A stretch of 64,000 nucleotides of DNA. Origin: an uncultured Chloroflexia bacterium. GTDB taxonomy: Bacteria > Chloroflexota > Limnocylindria > QHBO01. Positions 20,667 through 31,586 of the stretch are shown in pieces (the stretch's first letter is position 1; the number at the start of each line of letters is the position of its first letter). The notes under the pieces were generated by a model. The model saw only the letters and a list, made by a program, of their open reading frames with translations, had not been told where the DNA came from and made no database searches. Position numbers and translations under genes: made by a program. The stretch lies in assembly GCA_963825525.1 (NCBI GenBank), contig CAWGTN010000002.1, positions 480,001 through 544,000 of the forward strand, written 5' to 3'.

Positions 20667-21230
20667 TCAACCCTCGGGAGGGCCGCCCACGACGCGAACG
20701 GATGGTAGACGCCCCTCAAACGGAGCACCCTGGTTCGTGACCAATTCGGCGAGGCGACTCAGTTCAGCGTCAAGTTCGAGCAGTTCATCACGGTAGTTGA
20801 ACGGGTTGTGCCCTGGAGCGTCGGCCACATCGACGTCGTACGCGACCAATTCAATGAGGTTCGCGTCGACGGCGATCTGATAGATGACGGCGAAAGCTGC
20901 GGCCCGATCCCGTGCGAGGGCGGCTGGCATCGGCTGGAAGGCAACTGAGTCAAGCAGCGACCTGAGGCCTTGGAGCTGCGAGTCATCCAGCCGGCTGGCG
21001 ACCAGATCTGACGGGTCGAGGGAGCTTGCGCGCACATCCACCACGGTCAATCCGTCGTCGTAGACCGTGATTTCCGGCGGTGCGGCGGTGTCGCGTTCCG
21101 AAGTCTCGCGGAACGGCTCGGAGTACGCGCGGACGGCGATGATCTTCGGGGCGGTGGAAGCATCCTGTGAGCAGCCTCCGGCCGCGACCAGGGGCAAGAC
21201 ACACAGGAGCGGCGCCCACGGATGCCTCAC
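20667..21230 (-). CDS. Hypothetical secreted lipoprotein
   Basis: Signal-like N-terminus ending in lipobox-like AAGGC; 187-aa ORF filling the gap between the tRNA and tilS. Confidence 0.55.
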   Translation of the reverse strand: MRHPWAPLLCVLPLVAAGGCSQDASTAPKIIAVRAYSEPFRETSERDTAAPPEITVYDDGLTVVDVRASSLDPSDLVASRLDDSQLQGLRSLLDSVAFQPMPAALARDRAAAFAVIYQIAVDANLIELVAYDVDVADAPGHNPFNYRDELLELDAELSRLAELVTNQGAPFEGRLPSVRVVGGPPEG

Positions 21231-21270
21231 ACGTTCCTCGGCCCGCTGACGTGATCAACGAGAGGGATGT

Positions 21271-21345
21271 TGGTAGCGGAGGGCGGATTCGAACCACCGG
21301 CCAAGGGCTTATGAGTCCCCTGCTCTACCACTGAGCTACTCCGCC
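21271..21345 (-). tRNA. tRNA-Met (CAT), elongator type
   Basis: GGCGGAGTAGCTCAGTGGTAGAGCAGGGGACTCATAAGCCCTTGGCCGGTGGTTCGAATCCGCCCTCCGCTACCA; full cloverleaf with encoded CCA; G1-U72, G2-C71, C3-G70 acceptor like Firmicute elongator Met. Confidence 0.93.
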
Positions 21346-21497
21346 ATGCGGTCCGCCCGAGAATACCGACGCGGACCGGCGCAGGCAACCGCGCCGCACG
21401 ACGCCGGTCCGACGCGAGGCTTGATCCTCCAGCAACGACCAGGAGCCCGACGAGTGCCGGGCCCCTGGTGCCACATCCGTTCTCTCGTCGAGGGTCG

Positions 21498-22661
21498 TCA
21501 GGCCGCCGAGGCCTCCGCCACGCAATCGCGGCCGGCGGGCTCAGTCCGACTCTTCGGCAGCTTGTAGCCACGATCCCCGAGGATCGACCGCAGCCGATCG
21601 GGGTAGTTCGTGATCAGCCCGTCGACTCCGGCATCGATGAGCGACTCCATGGTCGCCGGGTCATCGATGGTCCACGGGACCACTGCCATGCCGGCCGCAT
21701 GAGCGTCGGCCACCAGCTCGGGCGTGGTGTACGGCACGTAGTCCGGATCACCCACCACCCCGTCCTGGGGCATCCCGTGCACCGGTGAGATCACATCCGC
21801 GCCGAAGGACGCGGTCGCGGCCACCAGGCTGCCACCGAAGTCGTCGATGTCGATCCCGCCCAGCCAGGGCGAGGCGCCCGGCTGACCCACCTGCAGGAAG
21901 TCGCCGTTGGTGAGCGCCACGATCGGCAGGCGCGGCTCAACCTCTTGCATGAGCATCAGCGCGCCCCAGTCGAAGCTCTGGATCATCACCCGGTTCAGGA
22001 GCCCGGCCTCGCGGATCTCGCGCGCGGTGATCTCCACGAACTGCTCGCGAGGCGCGGTCTGCTCCGGCGCGCCCGCCTCGACCTTGGTCTCGATGTTGAA
22101 CCAGACCTGGTTTGCCCGATAGCAATCGACCAGCGCGAAGACCTCGCTCAGCAGCGGGATGCGCGCACCATCGACGACGTCCTGGTCGGGAAAGCCCGGC
22201 AGGGGCTGGCCGCAGTCGAGCGTCCTGACCTGCGCCAGCGTCAGATCCTTGATGTAGTCCCCGACGTAGGGGAACTCCGGATCCCCGGGCGTGGCCGGGG
22301 CAGTGTCGTCGCACTTCACGTCGGACACCTGGCGATCGTGCGTCACCACCGCCTGCTCGTCCTCGGTGATCTGGACGTCGAGCTCGAGCGTCGTCACGCC
22401 GACCTCGAGTGCCGCGGCGAATGCCTCGAGGGTGCTCTCGGTCGTCAGGCCGATGCCGCCGCGATGTGCCTCGATGTCGAACTGGCGCGGCCCGGGAGCC
22501 GGCAGGTGACCGCCGACCTGGCCCGGGGCGCCAGACGGCGCTCCGGCCGCTGCGGGCACGACGACCGTGAGGGCCAGCGCCGCTGCGAGACCGATGGCCG
22601 TCAGCGACCGGCTCGAACGGCTCGAACGGCGCGCAGGCCGGCGGATGGAAGCCATGTTCAC
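21498..22661 (-). CDS. Secreted glycerophosphodiester phosphodiesterase
   Basis: Signal peptide; EAHRGG, ESTLEAF, LELDVQIT, VVTHD, NIETK, IQSFDW, PWTIDD, GVDGLITNYPD. Confidence 0.92.
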   Translation of the reverse strand: MNMASIRRPARRSSRSSRSLTAIGLAAALALTVVVPAAAGAPSGAPGQVGGHLPAPGPRQFDIEAHRGGIGLTTESTLEAFAAALEVGVTTLELDVQITEDEQAVVTHDRQVSDVKCDDTAPATPGDPEFPYVGDYIKDLTLAQVRTLDCGQPLPGFPDQDVVDGARIPLLSEVFALVDCYRANQVWFNIETKVEAGAPEQTAPREQFVEITAREIREAGLLNRVMIQSFDWGALMLMQEVEPRLPIVALTNGDFLQVGQPGASPWLGGIDIDDFGGSLVAATASFGADVISPVHGMPQDGVVGDPDYVPYTTPELVADAHAAGMAVVPWTIDDPATMESLIDAGVDGLITNYPDRLRSILGDRGYKLPKSRTEPAGRDCVAEASAA

Positions 22662-22934
22662 GTGATTCCCCTTCTCATGAACGGCCCCGTCGGGGCCTCA
22701 TGGCGCACCGTGGCTGCAAGAGCGCGGCCACCCCAGGTTGGCCCCAAATCAAGTTCAGCCAGGTTTCTCGCGGTATACTGGATGGCAGTACAACGGCCGA
22801 TCCCGACCGTTCAAGCAGCACAGCAAGTGACCGCGAAAGCCGACTCCGGGCCCTGCCCGTGACGCGCGGCCGGTCGACTCGCCAGGCGGCTGTGTGCCCT
22901 CCCGGGGCCGCATCGCGCCGGTAAGGAGGAGACC

Positions 22935-24518
<1,584 letters not shown>

Positions 24519-24524
24519 CGAGGC

Positions 24525-25827
24525 GTGGCCGGCATCAAGCTCGTCTACATCGGCGGCGGCAGCACTCGGGCGCCGGGGACGGTTGCCGCCCTTGTCGAGC
24601 GAGGCGCAGTGTTCGCCGGCTCCGAGGTCGTCCTGGTCGATCTGGACGCTCGAGCGGCTGGACGTGGTGCAACGCCTTGCCGAGGCAATGACCGCGGCCC
24701 GCGGCCACGACATCCGGTTCACGACCACGACGCACCGCCCGGACGCCCTGGATGACGCCGACGTGGTGCTCACCAGCTTCCGGCCCGGCGGCTTCGAAGC
24801 CCGTCAGCTGGACGAGACGATCCCCCTGCGCCATGGCGTCATCGGCCAGGAGACGCAGGGGCCTGGCGGATTCTTCATGGCTCTCCGCTCCATCGCCGTC
24901 ATGCGCGACATCGTCGGCGAGATGGAGAGGCAGTGTCCGGATGCCTGGCTCGTGAACTACACCAACCCGGTCAACATCGTGTCGGAAGCCGTCACCCACC
25001 ACTCCCCCGTGCGGTGCGTCTCGCTGTGCGAAGGACCGATCACCTTTCCCGCGGACGTGGCCAGGACAGCGGGACTCGACCCGGCCCGGCTGCGCGCCAC
25101 CATGGTCGGGCTCAACCACACCGGTTGGTCCGTCGAGCACGAGTACGCCGATGGGGACCTCATGGGCCTCATCGAGGAGTCGGCGGAACGGCTCGAGCTC
25201 ACCGGCGGCCCATCGAGCCGCGACGAGCTGATGCTCCATCTCGCCGCCCGCATGGGGTCGCTGCCGTCCGCGTACCTGTACTACTACTATTTCGCCGACC
25301 ATGCCCTCGACGCGGCGCGGAGGGCACCACGAACCCGCGCCGGGGAGATCATGAGCGAGCTCGACGACTACTGGACCCACTACCGCGAGCAGGCGATCGC
25401 GGCGGACCCGCAGCTGGATCCCCGCAGGTCACGTGGCGGCATCCTCGAGCTGGAGCTCGCCGTCGACGTGATCGACGCCATCGTCAACGACCGCGGCACG
25501 ACCTGGCCGGTGAACGTCCCCAATCTCGGCGGCGTGCTCCCGGGCTTCCCCGACGACCTCGTGGTCGAGATCCCGGCCCGGGTCTCCGCAGCCGGCATCG
25601 CGCCGATCCGCGTGCCGGCACTGCCCACCCACCTCCGCGGGTTGATCGAGTCGCTGGGGGCGTACCAGGCAGCGACCGCGGAGGCGGCATGGTCGGGCTC
25701 GCGACGCGACGGCCTGCGGGCCCTGGCCAGTCATCCGCTCGTGGCCACGCTCCCTCGCGCCGAGGCGATCTACGACGAGATGGCGTCCGCCCACCGGGCG
25801 TACCTCCCGTCTCGCCTCCTGAGCTGA
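24525..25827 (+). CDS. Family 4 glycoside hydrolase (6-phospho-beta-glucosidase-like); frameshift near 24655
   Basis: KLVYIGGGS, GVIGQETQGPGGF..ALR, PDAWLVNYTNP, SLC, GLNH, VNVPN, VVEIPA. Confidence 0.9.
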
Positions 25828-26553
25828 TGACCCTCGATCTGCGCACCGTGGACGATCCGGCCGATTTGGCACGCGCCGCCGCCGATCTCGTGGTCGACCT
25901 CGTGACGACGAAGCCGAGCGCACTGGTCATGGCCGCCACCGGAGATACGCCGATGGGCTCCTACGCGGAGCTGGTCCGGCGGCACGACGAGGGTCGTCTC
26001 GACAGCTCCGCCATGCGGATCGTGCAGCTCGACGAGTACCTCGGGATCGGCCCGGACGACCCGCGCTCGCTGTACGGATGGATGCATCGATCGCTGGTGG
26101 CGCCTCTGGGCATTGATCCGGATCGCGTCATCCGGTTCGACAGTGAAGCTCCCGATGCCGATCGGGCGGCCCGCGACTACGACGAAGAGATCGCAGCCGC
26201 CGGCGGCATCGACCTGGCCATCCTGGGCATCGGCGTCAACGGTCACCTGGGCTTCAACGAGCCACCGTCCGACTGCCGACGCTCCGACGCGGGTGGTCGA
26301 CCTCTCGCCGGATACCCTGACCAGCAACGCCGCCTATTGGGGCGATCGGCCCGTGCCGACGCAGGCCATGACAGCGGGCATGTCGGTGATCCTGTCGGCG
26401 CGTCGCATCCTTCTCCTCGTCTCCGGTCCGTCCAAGGTGGAGATCCTCGCCCGGCTCCTGCGCTCGGAACCCGATCCGTCGCTCCCCGCCTCGCAGCTCG
26501 TGGCCCACCCGGACACCGTGGTGCTCGCCGACCGGGCCGCCCGCGGAGCGTGA
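25827..26553 (+). CDS. nagB: Glucosamine-6-phosphate deaminase; frameshift near 26275
   Basis: ATGDTP, QLDEYLG, GGIDLAILGIGVNGHLGFNEP, VPTQAMTAG, SLPASQL..HP. Confidence 0.9.
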
Positions 26554-27545
26554 GCATCTACCTGGGGGTCGACGGCGGGAACAGCAAGGCGGTCGCGGTG
26601 GTCGCCACGGCCGGTGGCGACGTTCTGGCGGCGGCCCGTCAGCTCGGCACGGCCGACATCTATGCGGCCGGCGGAGAGCGTGCGTCGATCGATCTCGTGG
26701 CTCGGGCAGTCGGCGAGGCGCTCGACATCGCCGGGACCCGCCACTCGGAGATCACACGAGCAGTGTTCAGCCTGGCAGGCGCCGATTGGCCCGAGGACTT
26801 CGCGTACCACGAGCAGGCATGGAGCGAATTCGGGTTCGGCGGCCCCGTCTCGATCGTCAACGATGCGATCGGCGCGCTTGTCGGTGCCGTGCCCACCGGC
26901 CCGGCGGTCGCGGTCTCGATCGGGACCGGCGCGGCGACGGGCGCACGCGGCGTCGACGGCAGCCTGTGGCACTCGAGCTTCTGGCAGTCGCCGCACGGGG
27001 CCGCCGAGCTTGCGCAGCGGGCCTTCCAGGCTGTCGTCCGTGCCGAGCTGGGCATCGGAGCGGCCACCACCATGCGCGACCCGGTGATCGCCATCACCGG
27101 TGACGCCGACGTGGAGGCTGCACTGCACCGGTTCACGGCGCGCGATGCCGAGCCGCTGCCCGTTGGCCCGATTGCCCGGGCGCTGCTTGCCGCCGCGAGG
27201 GACGGTGATGCGATCGCGCGGCGCATCGTCGCGGAGCACGGCAGGGGCCTGGGCGAGATCGCCACGGTTGCTGCCCGGCGGGTATCCATCGACGCGCAGC
27301 CGTTCGCCGTGTCGTTCACCGGCGGCCTCGTGCGAGCCGACTCCACGATGCTCCTCGGCGAGGCGGCGGTCGACCAGATGAGCTCGGAGGGCATGAAGCC
27401 CAGGCGCGTGCGCCCGCGTTGGGAGCCGGCCATCGGCGCCCTCGTGATCGGACTGCAGTCCGATGGGGCCTTTTCAGAGGGCGTCGCAGCGCGCCTGGAT
27501 GCGACCCAGCCGGCGCCCAGCCTCTACGACGTGCTCTCGCCCTGA
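26550..27545 (+). CDS. BadF/BadG/BcrA/BcrD-type N-acetylglucosamine kinase-like ATPase
   Basis: YLGVDGGNSK, LAGADWPED, IVNDA, IGTG, GG; GTGA overlap with nagB. Confidence 0.85.
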   Translation: MSIYLGVDGGNSKAVAVVATAGGDVLAAARQLGTADIYAAGGERASIDLVARAVGEALDIAGTRHSEITRAVFSLAGADWPEDFAYHEQAWSEFGFGGPVSIVNDAIGALVGAVPTGPAVAVSIGTGAATGARGVDGSLWHSSFWQSPHGAAELAQRAFQAVVRAELGIGAATTMRDPVIAITGDADVEAALHRFTARDAEPLPVGPIARALLAAARDGDAIARRIVAEHGRGLGEIATVAARRVSIDAQPFAVSFTGGLVRADSTMLLGEAAVDQMSSEGMKPRRVRPRWEPAIGALVIGLQSDGAFSEGVAARLDATQPAPSLYDVLSP

Positions 27546-27547
27546 AC

Positions 27548-27991
27548 CTAGGGTGCTTCGGCTGACCCGAAGAACAGGTCGAGCCACTGCTCGATCATCG
27601 GCTCTGCAGGTGCCGCAGCGGCAGCCAGCTCCTCGGGCAGCGGCTCCTCGGCGCCGGGCGGAATGATGAGGACCTGCTCGCCACTGGCTCCCAGGTTGGC
27701 GAGCCGCCGCGCCTCGGCGCTGATGTACGCGTCGCTCTCCAGGTAGGCAAGCTCGCGGCGCAGATCGGCGTTCGTGCCCTCGACGGCCTCGATCTCCGCC
27801 TGGATGGCGGCTGCGCGCTGACCGATCTCCCAGTTGGCGTAGACCTGTCGTCCGAACTGGACTGCCAGCAGGACGCCGATGATCAGCACCACCACCATCC
27901 ACGCGATCCCGCCGCGGGAGGCGGGCAACCGCCAGCGAAGCCGTGCCCTCGCGCGGCTTGGTCCAGGAGCGGAGAGATCAATCCCGGTCAT
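27548..27991 (-). CDS. Septum formation initiator (FtsB/DivIC family)
   Basis: Single TM, coiled coil, LESDAYISAEARRLANLGASGE, W..LFF tail. Confidence 0.8.
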   Translation of the reverse strand: MTGIDLSAPGPSRARARLRWRLPASRGGIAWMVVVLIIGVLLAVQFGRQVYANWEIGQRAAAIQAEIEAVEGTNADLRRELAYLESDAYISAEARRLANLGASGEQVLIIPPGAEEPLPEELAAAAAPAEPMIEQWLDLFFGSAEAP

Positions 27992-29162
27992 CGATCGAAG
28001 AGTCTACCCGAGGAGATCCACTCCCCACCGACCATCACCGCCGCCACCTCCAGCGATTCGTCGAGCACGACGAGGTCCGCGGCCAGCCCCGGCGCGATCG
28101 ATCCACGGACGTCGTGCTCTCCCAGGATGCGCGCGGGCGTCGTGGCCGCCGCCCTGGCGGCCTCGGCCATGGGCAGGCCCAGGTTCTGGACCGCGCGACG
28201 CAACGCACGGTCCATGGTGAGCGTGCTGCCGGCCAGCGTGTCCGTGCCCGCGATGCGCGCCACGCCATCGGTGACCTCGACGGCGGCTGATCCAAGCCGG
28301 TGCGCCCCATCGTGCAGCCCCGCCGCGGGAATCGCGTCGGTGACGAGCGCGATCCGATCCGCCCCGGCCGCCTGGAAGGCAAGACGTGCCGTGTCGTCGT
28401 GAAGGTGGGTGCCGTCGTTGATGAGCTCGCACACCACGCCCGGTCGGACGAGTGCCGTCGTCGCCAGGCCCGGCTCGCGATGATCGGACGGACGCATGGC
28501 GTTGAACAGGTGGGTCACGAGCGACGCGCCGGCGTCAAAGGCGGCCGATGCGGCCTCGCGGTTCGCGTCGCTGTGCCCCAGTGCCACGACCACGCCGGCG
28601 GCGACTGCCCGTCGCACCAGGTCGATCGCCCCCGGCAGCTCCGGCGCAAGCGTGATGACCCGCAGCGTGCCGTCCGCGATCTCGAGCATGCGATCCAGAA
28701 CGGCCTCGTCCGGCGCCAGCAGGTGATCGGGATCGTGGGCGCCTGCCCGATTCCGGCTGAGGAACGGCCCCTCGAGATGGCTGCCGGCGACGGTCGATCG
28801 ACCCGCGTCATCGGCCCGCACGAGGTCGCGGACGGCGGCCAGGCCACCGAGCATCTCCTCGAGGGGTGCGCTGACGATGCTGGCGAGGAGTCGACCGGTG
28901 CCGTGGGACGCGTGGAACTCCGCCGCGGCGCGCAGCTCGACCAGGTCATTCGAGAGGAGCGAGGACCCGCCGCCGCCATGGACGTGCAGATCGACGAAGC
29001 CCGGCACGATCCAGCGACCATCCAGCGATCGCTGCTCACCAGCCTCCGGGGGCAGTCCCTCGCCAATCTCGGCGATGGTCGCTCCCCGCACCCGAACCCA
29101 CCCCGGGTCGACGACGCCTGCCTCGGCGTGACGACACGGGCGTGGGAGAGCAGCAGGTCCAT
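27988..29162 (-). CDS. nagA: N-acetylglucosamine-6-phosphate deacetylase; frameshift near 29125
   Basis: PGFVDLHVHG, HLEGPF, GAH, TLAPE, GHS, THLFNAM, DGTH, LVTDA, LAGSTLTM; N-terminus MDLLLSHARVVTP in another frame. Confidence 0.93.
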
Positions 29163-29252
29163 GGACCGAAGCATAGGGTGCCGGCGGCTCGCGACAGGCG
29201 AGGTGTCGCAAGGCCGGGGTTCCCTTCCGAACGCGTGTGCTATGTTGCCGAT

Positions 29253-29268
29253 CAGAACAGGTGTTCTG
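29253..29268 (+). promoter_or_regulatory. LexA/SOS box (GAAC-N4-GTTC type)
   Basis: CAGAAC-AGGT-GTTCTG palindrome just downstream of a TGnTATGTT extended -10 (29238-29246); degenerate second box CGAACGCGTGTGC at 29228; precedes DNA-repair genes. Confidence 0.8.
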
Positions 29269-29302
29269 TTTGGATCACGAGACGGAGCTGGAGGACCGCG
29301 AG

Positions 29303-31582
29303 ATGCTGACCGCCCCACCGGGAACCGCCGATGACGCGATCGGTGCGCTGCTCGGCGATCCGGCCATCGGCCGATTGATCGTCGCCCATCGAATCATCGA
29401 GCCGCGACCTCCGCGCCACGCGCCATGGCCGGAGTCGATCGATCCCCGTGTCGTCGCCGCGCTGCGTGCGCGCGGCATCGAGGCTCCCTACACCCACCAG
29501 GCGGCGACGTTCGAGGCCGTGACGGCCGGGCGCAACGCGGTCGTCGTGACTCCCACCGCCTCGGGCAAGACGCTGTGCTACAACCTGCCGGTCCTCGATG
29601 GGATCGCGCGGGACGAGGCGGCGCGCGCGCTCTACCTGTTCCCCACCAAGGCACTCGCGGCCGACCAGCTCGTCGAGCTGCGCGCCCTGGCCGACGCCGC
29701 ACGCATCGGCTTGAAGACGCACACCTACGACGGCGACACGCCCGCGAACATCCGGTCGGTGGTTCGGGCTGCCGGCCAGGTGGTCATCACCAACCCCGAC
29801 ATGCTCCACGCGGCCATCCTTCCGCACCACACCAAGTGGTTCAAGCTGTTCGAGAACCTGCGCTACGTCGTGATCGACGAGCTGCACACCTACCGCGGGC
29901 TGTTCGGAAGCCACGTCGCCAACGTGATCCGTCGGTTGCGGCGCATCTGCAACCACTACGGCTCGGACCCGATCTTCATCTGCGCCAGCGCCACCATCGC
30001 CAACCCCAGGGAGCTCGCGGAGAGGGTGCTCGAGGCACCGGTCGACCTGATCGACGACAACGGGGCGCCATCGGGGCGCAAGCACATCGTCATCGTCAAC
30101 CCACCGGTGGCGAACGAGGAGCTCGGCATCCGCAGCTCGTCACTCCTGACCGGGCAGCACCTCGCGGAGCGCCTGATCGGCAGCGGCGTGCAGACGATCG
30201 CCTTCTCCCGCTCGCGGACCTCGGTGGAGGTCCTGACCAGCTACCTGCGCGAGACCTTCGCTCCCCCGCCCGGCCATCCGCACGCGATTCGCGGCTATCG
30301 AGGCGGGTACCTTCCGAACGAGCGCCACGAGATCGAGGCCGGCCTGCGCGACGGCCGGGTCCGCGGCGTCGTCGCGACCAATGCGCTCGAGCTCGGGATC
30401 GACATCGGATCGCTGGACGCGGCAATCAGCATCGGCTACCCGGGGACCATCGCCAGCACCTGGCAGCAGATGGGTCGATCGGGACGACGGTCCGGCACCA
30501 GCATCGGGATCCTCGTCTGTTCTTCGGCTCCCATCGACCAGTTCCTGGCGTCCCATCCCGAATACCTGTTCGACGCGTCACCGGAGCACGGCCTCGTCAA
30601 CCCGGACAATCTCCACGTCCTGCTCAACCACCTGCGGGCGTCCACCTTCGAGCTGCCGGTTCCGGCCGGAGAGCGGTTCGGCATCGCCGAGACGGCGACC
30701 CTCCTCGAGGTGCTCCAGGAGGACGGCTGGATTCGCCGCGCGGACGATCGGTACTACTGGAGCCACGAGAACTTCCCCGCTTCCGATTTCAGCCTGCGCA
30801 GCGGCGCTCCGGAGAACGTCGTGATCATCGACACCACCGGCGACCGCAACCGGGTGCTCGGCGAGGTGGACCTGTTCGCGGCACCGCTCCTCGTCCACGA
30901 GAAGGCGATCTACATCCACCAGGGAGTGCAGCACCACGTCGACCGCCTCGACTGGGAGGAGCGCAAGGCGTACGTCACCCGGACCGATGTCGACTACTAC
31001 ACCGACGCGGACCTGGGGATCACCCTCAAGGTGCTCGAGGTGCTGGACGAGGCGGATCCGCCCCCCGCCGGCCTCCGGCAGCACGGCGACGTGATGGTGG
31101 CCTGGAAGGTGACGATGTTCAAGAAGCTCAAGTACCACACCCACGAGAACGTCGGCTGGGGCTCGATCAGCATCCCCGAGCAGGAGATGCACACCACGGC
31201 GACCTGGCTGGTGCCGCCCGCCGAGCTTGTGAATCGCTATGACCGCGATACGCTCGATGGCGCCCTCATCGGCCTTGCGCGGGTTGCGCGCACCACGGGT
31301 GCACTCCTCCTCATGTGCGACCCGCGTGACCTGGGCGTGCTGGCACAGGTCCAGGCGCCGTTCACCGGGCGGCCCACGCTCTTCCTCTACGACGCGACGC
31401 CCGGTGGCGTCGGCCTCACCGAGCGCCTCTTCACCCTGGTCGACGACCTCGTGCGGACGTCCCGCGAGGCCGTCGAGTCGTGTCGCTGCGCCGACGGATG
31501 TCCGGCCTGCGTCGGCCCGGCCATCGAGGTCGGGACGCGAGGCAAGGCAACGGTCGTGGAGCTGCTGGCGGGCATGTCGTGA
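29303..31582 (+). CDS. DEAD/DEAH-box helicase with C-terminal DUF1998 (MrfA/YprA/SftH family)
   Basis: YTHQ, TPTASGKT, FPTKALAADQ, YDGDTP, TNPDMLH, IDELH, SATIANP, YRGGY, TNALELGIDIG, GRSGRR, C-terminal CRCADGCPAC. Confidence 0.93.
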   Translation: MLTAPPGTADDAIGALLGDPAIGRLIVAHRIIEPRPPRHAPWPESIDPRVVAALRARGIEAPYTHQAATFEAVTAGRNAVVVTPTASGKTLCYNLPVLDGIARDEAARALYLFPTKALAADQLVELRALADAARIGLKTHTYDGDTPANIRSVVRAAGQVVITNPDMLHAAILPHHTKWFKLFENLRYVVIDELHTYRGLFGSHVANVIRRLRRICNHYGSDPIFICASATIANPRELAERVLEAPVDLIDDNGAPSGRKHIVIVNPPVANEELGIRSSSLLTGQHLAERLIGSGVQTIAFSRSRTSVEVLTSYLRETFAPPPGHPHAIRGYRGGYLPNERHEIEAGLRDGRVRGVVATNALELGIDIGSLDAAISIGYPGTIASTWQQMGRSGRRSGTSIGILVCSSAPIDQFLASHPEYLFDASPEHGLVNPDNLHVLLNHLRASTFELPVPAGERFGIAETATLLEVLQEDGWIRRADDRYYWSHENFPASDFSLRSGAPENVVIIDTTGDRNRVLGEVDLFAAPLLVHEKAIYIHQGVQHHVDRLDWEERKAYVTRTDVDYYTDADLGITLKVLEVLDEADPPPAGLRQHGDVMVAWKVTMFKKLKYHTHENVGWGSISIPEQEMHTTATWLVPPAELVNRYDRDTLDGALIGLARVARTTGALLLMCDPRDLGVLAQVQAPFTGRPTLFLYDATPGGVGLTERLFTLVDDLVRTSREAVESCRCADGCPACVGPAIEVGTRGKATVVELLAGMS

Positions 31583-31586
31583 GCTC

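Noticed and set aside
20600-21270. attL/attR duplication of the tRNA 3' end
   Set aside because: Only a ~7-bp chance match (GGAGGGC) was seen, and there is no integrase.
21271-21345. CAT tRNA near tilS as tRNA-Ile2 or initiator Met
   Set aside because: The acceptor stem (G1-U72, G4-C69, G5-C68) lacks the C4-G69/C5-G68 TilS determinants and the C1:A72 mismatch of initiator tRNA; it best fits elongator Met.
24933-27545. Apparent 870-aa NagB-kinase fusion (and likewise the 848-aa ORF 55696-58242)
   Set aside because: Produced by a frameshift and open shadow frames; separate starts with stop/start overlaps are visible.
29303-31582. DUF1998 helicase as a DISARM/Druantia defence component
   Set aside because: Its partner is a YprB/MrfB exonuclease with an SOS box, and no methylase or other defence genes are adjacent.
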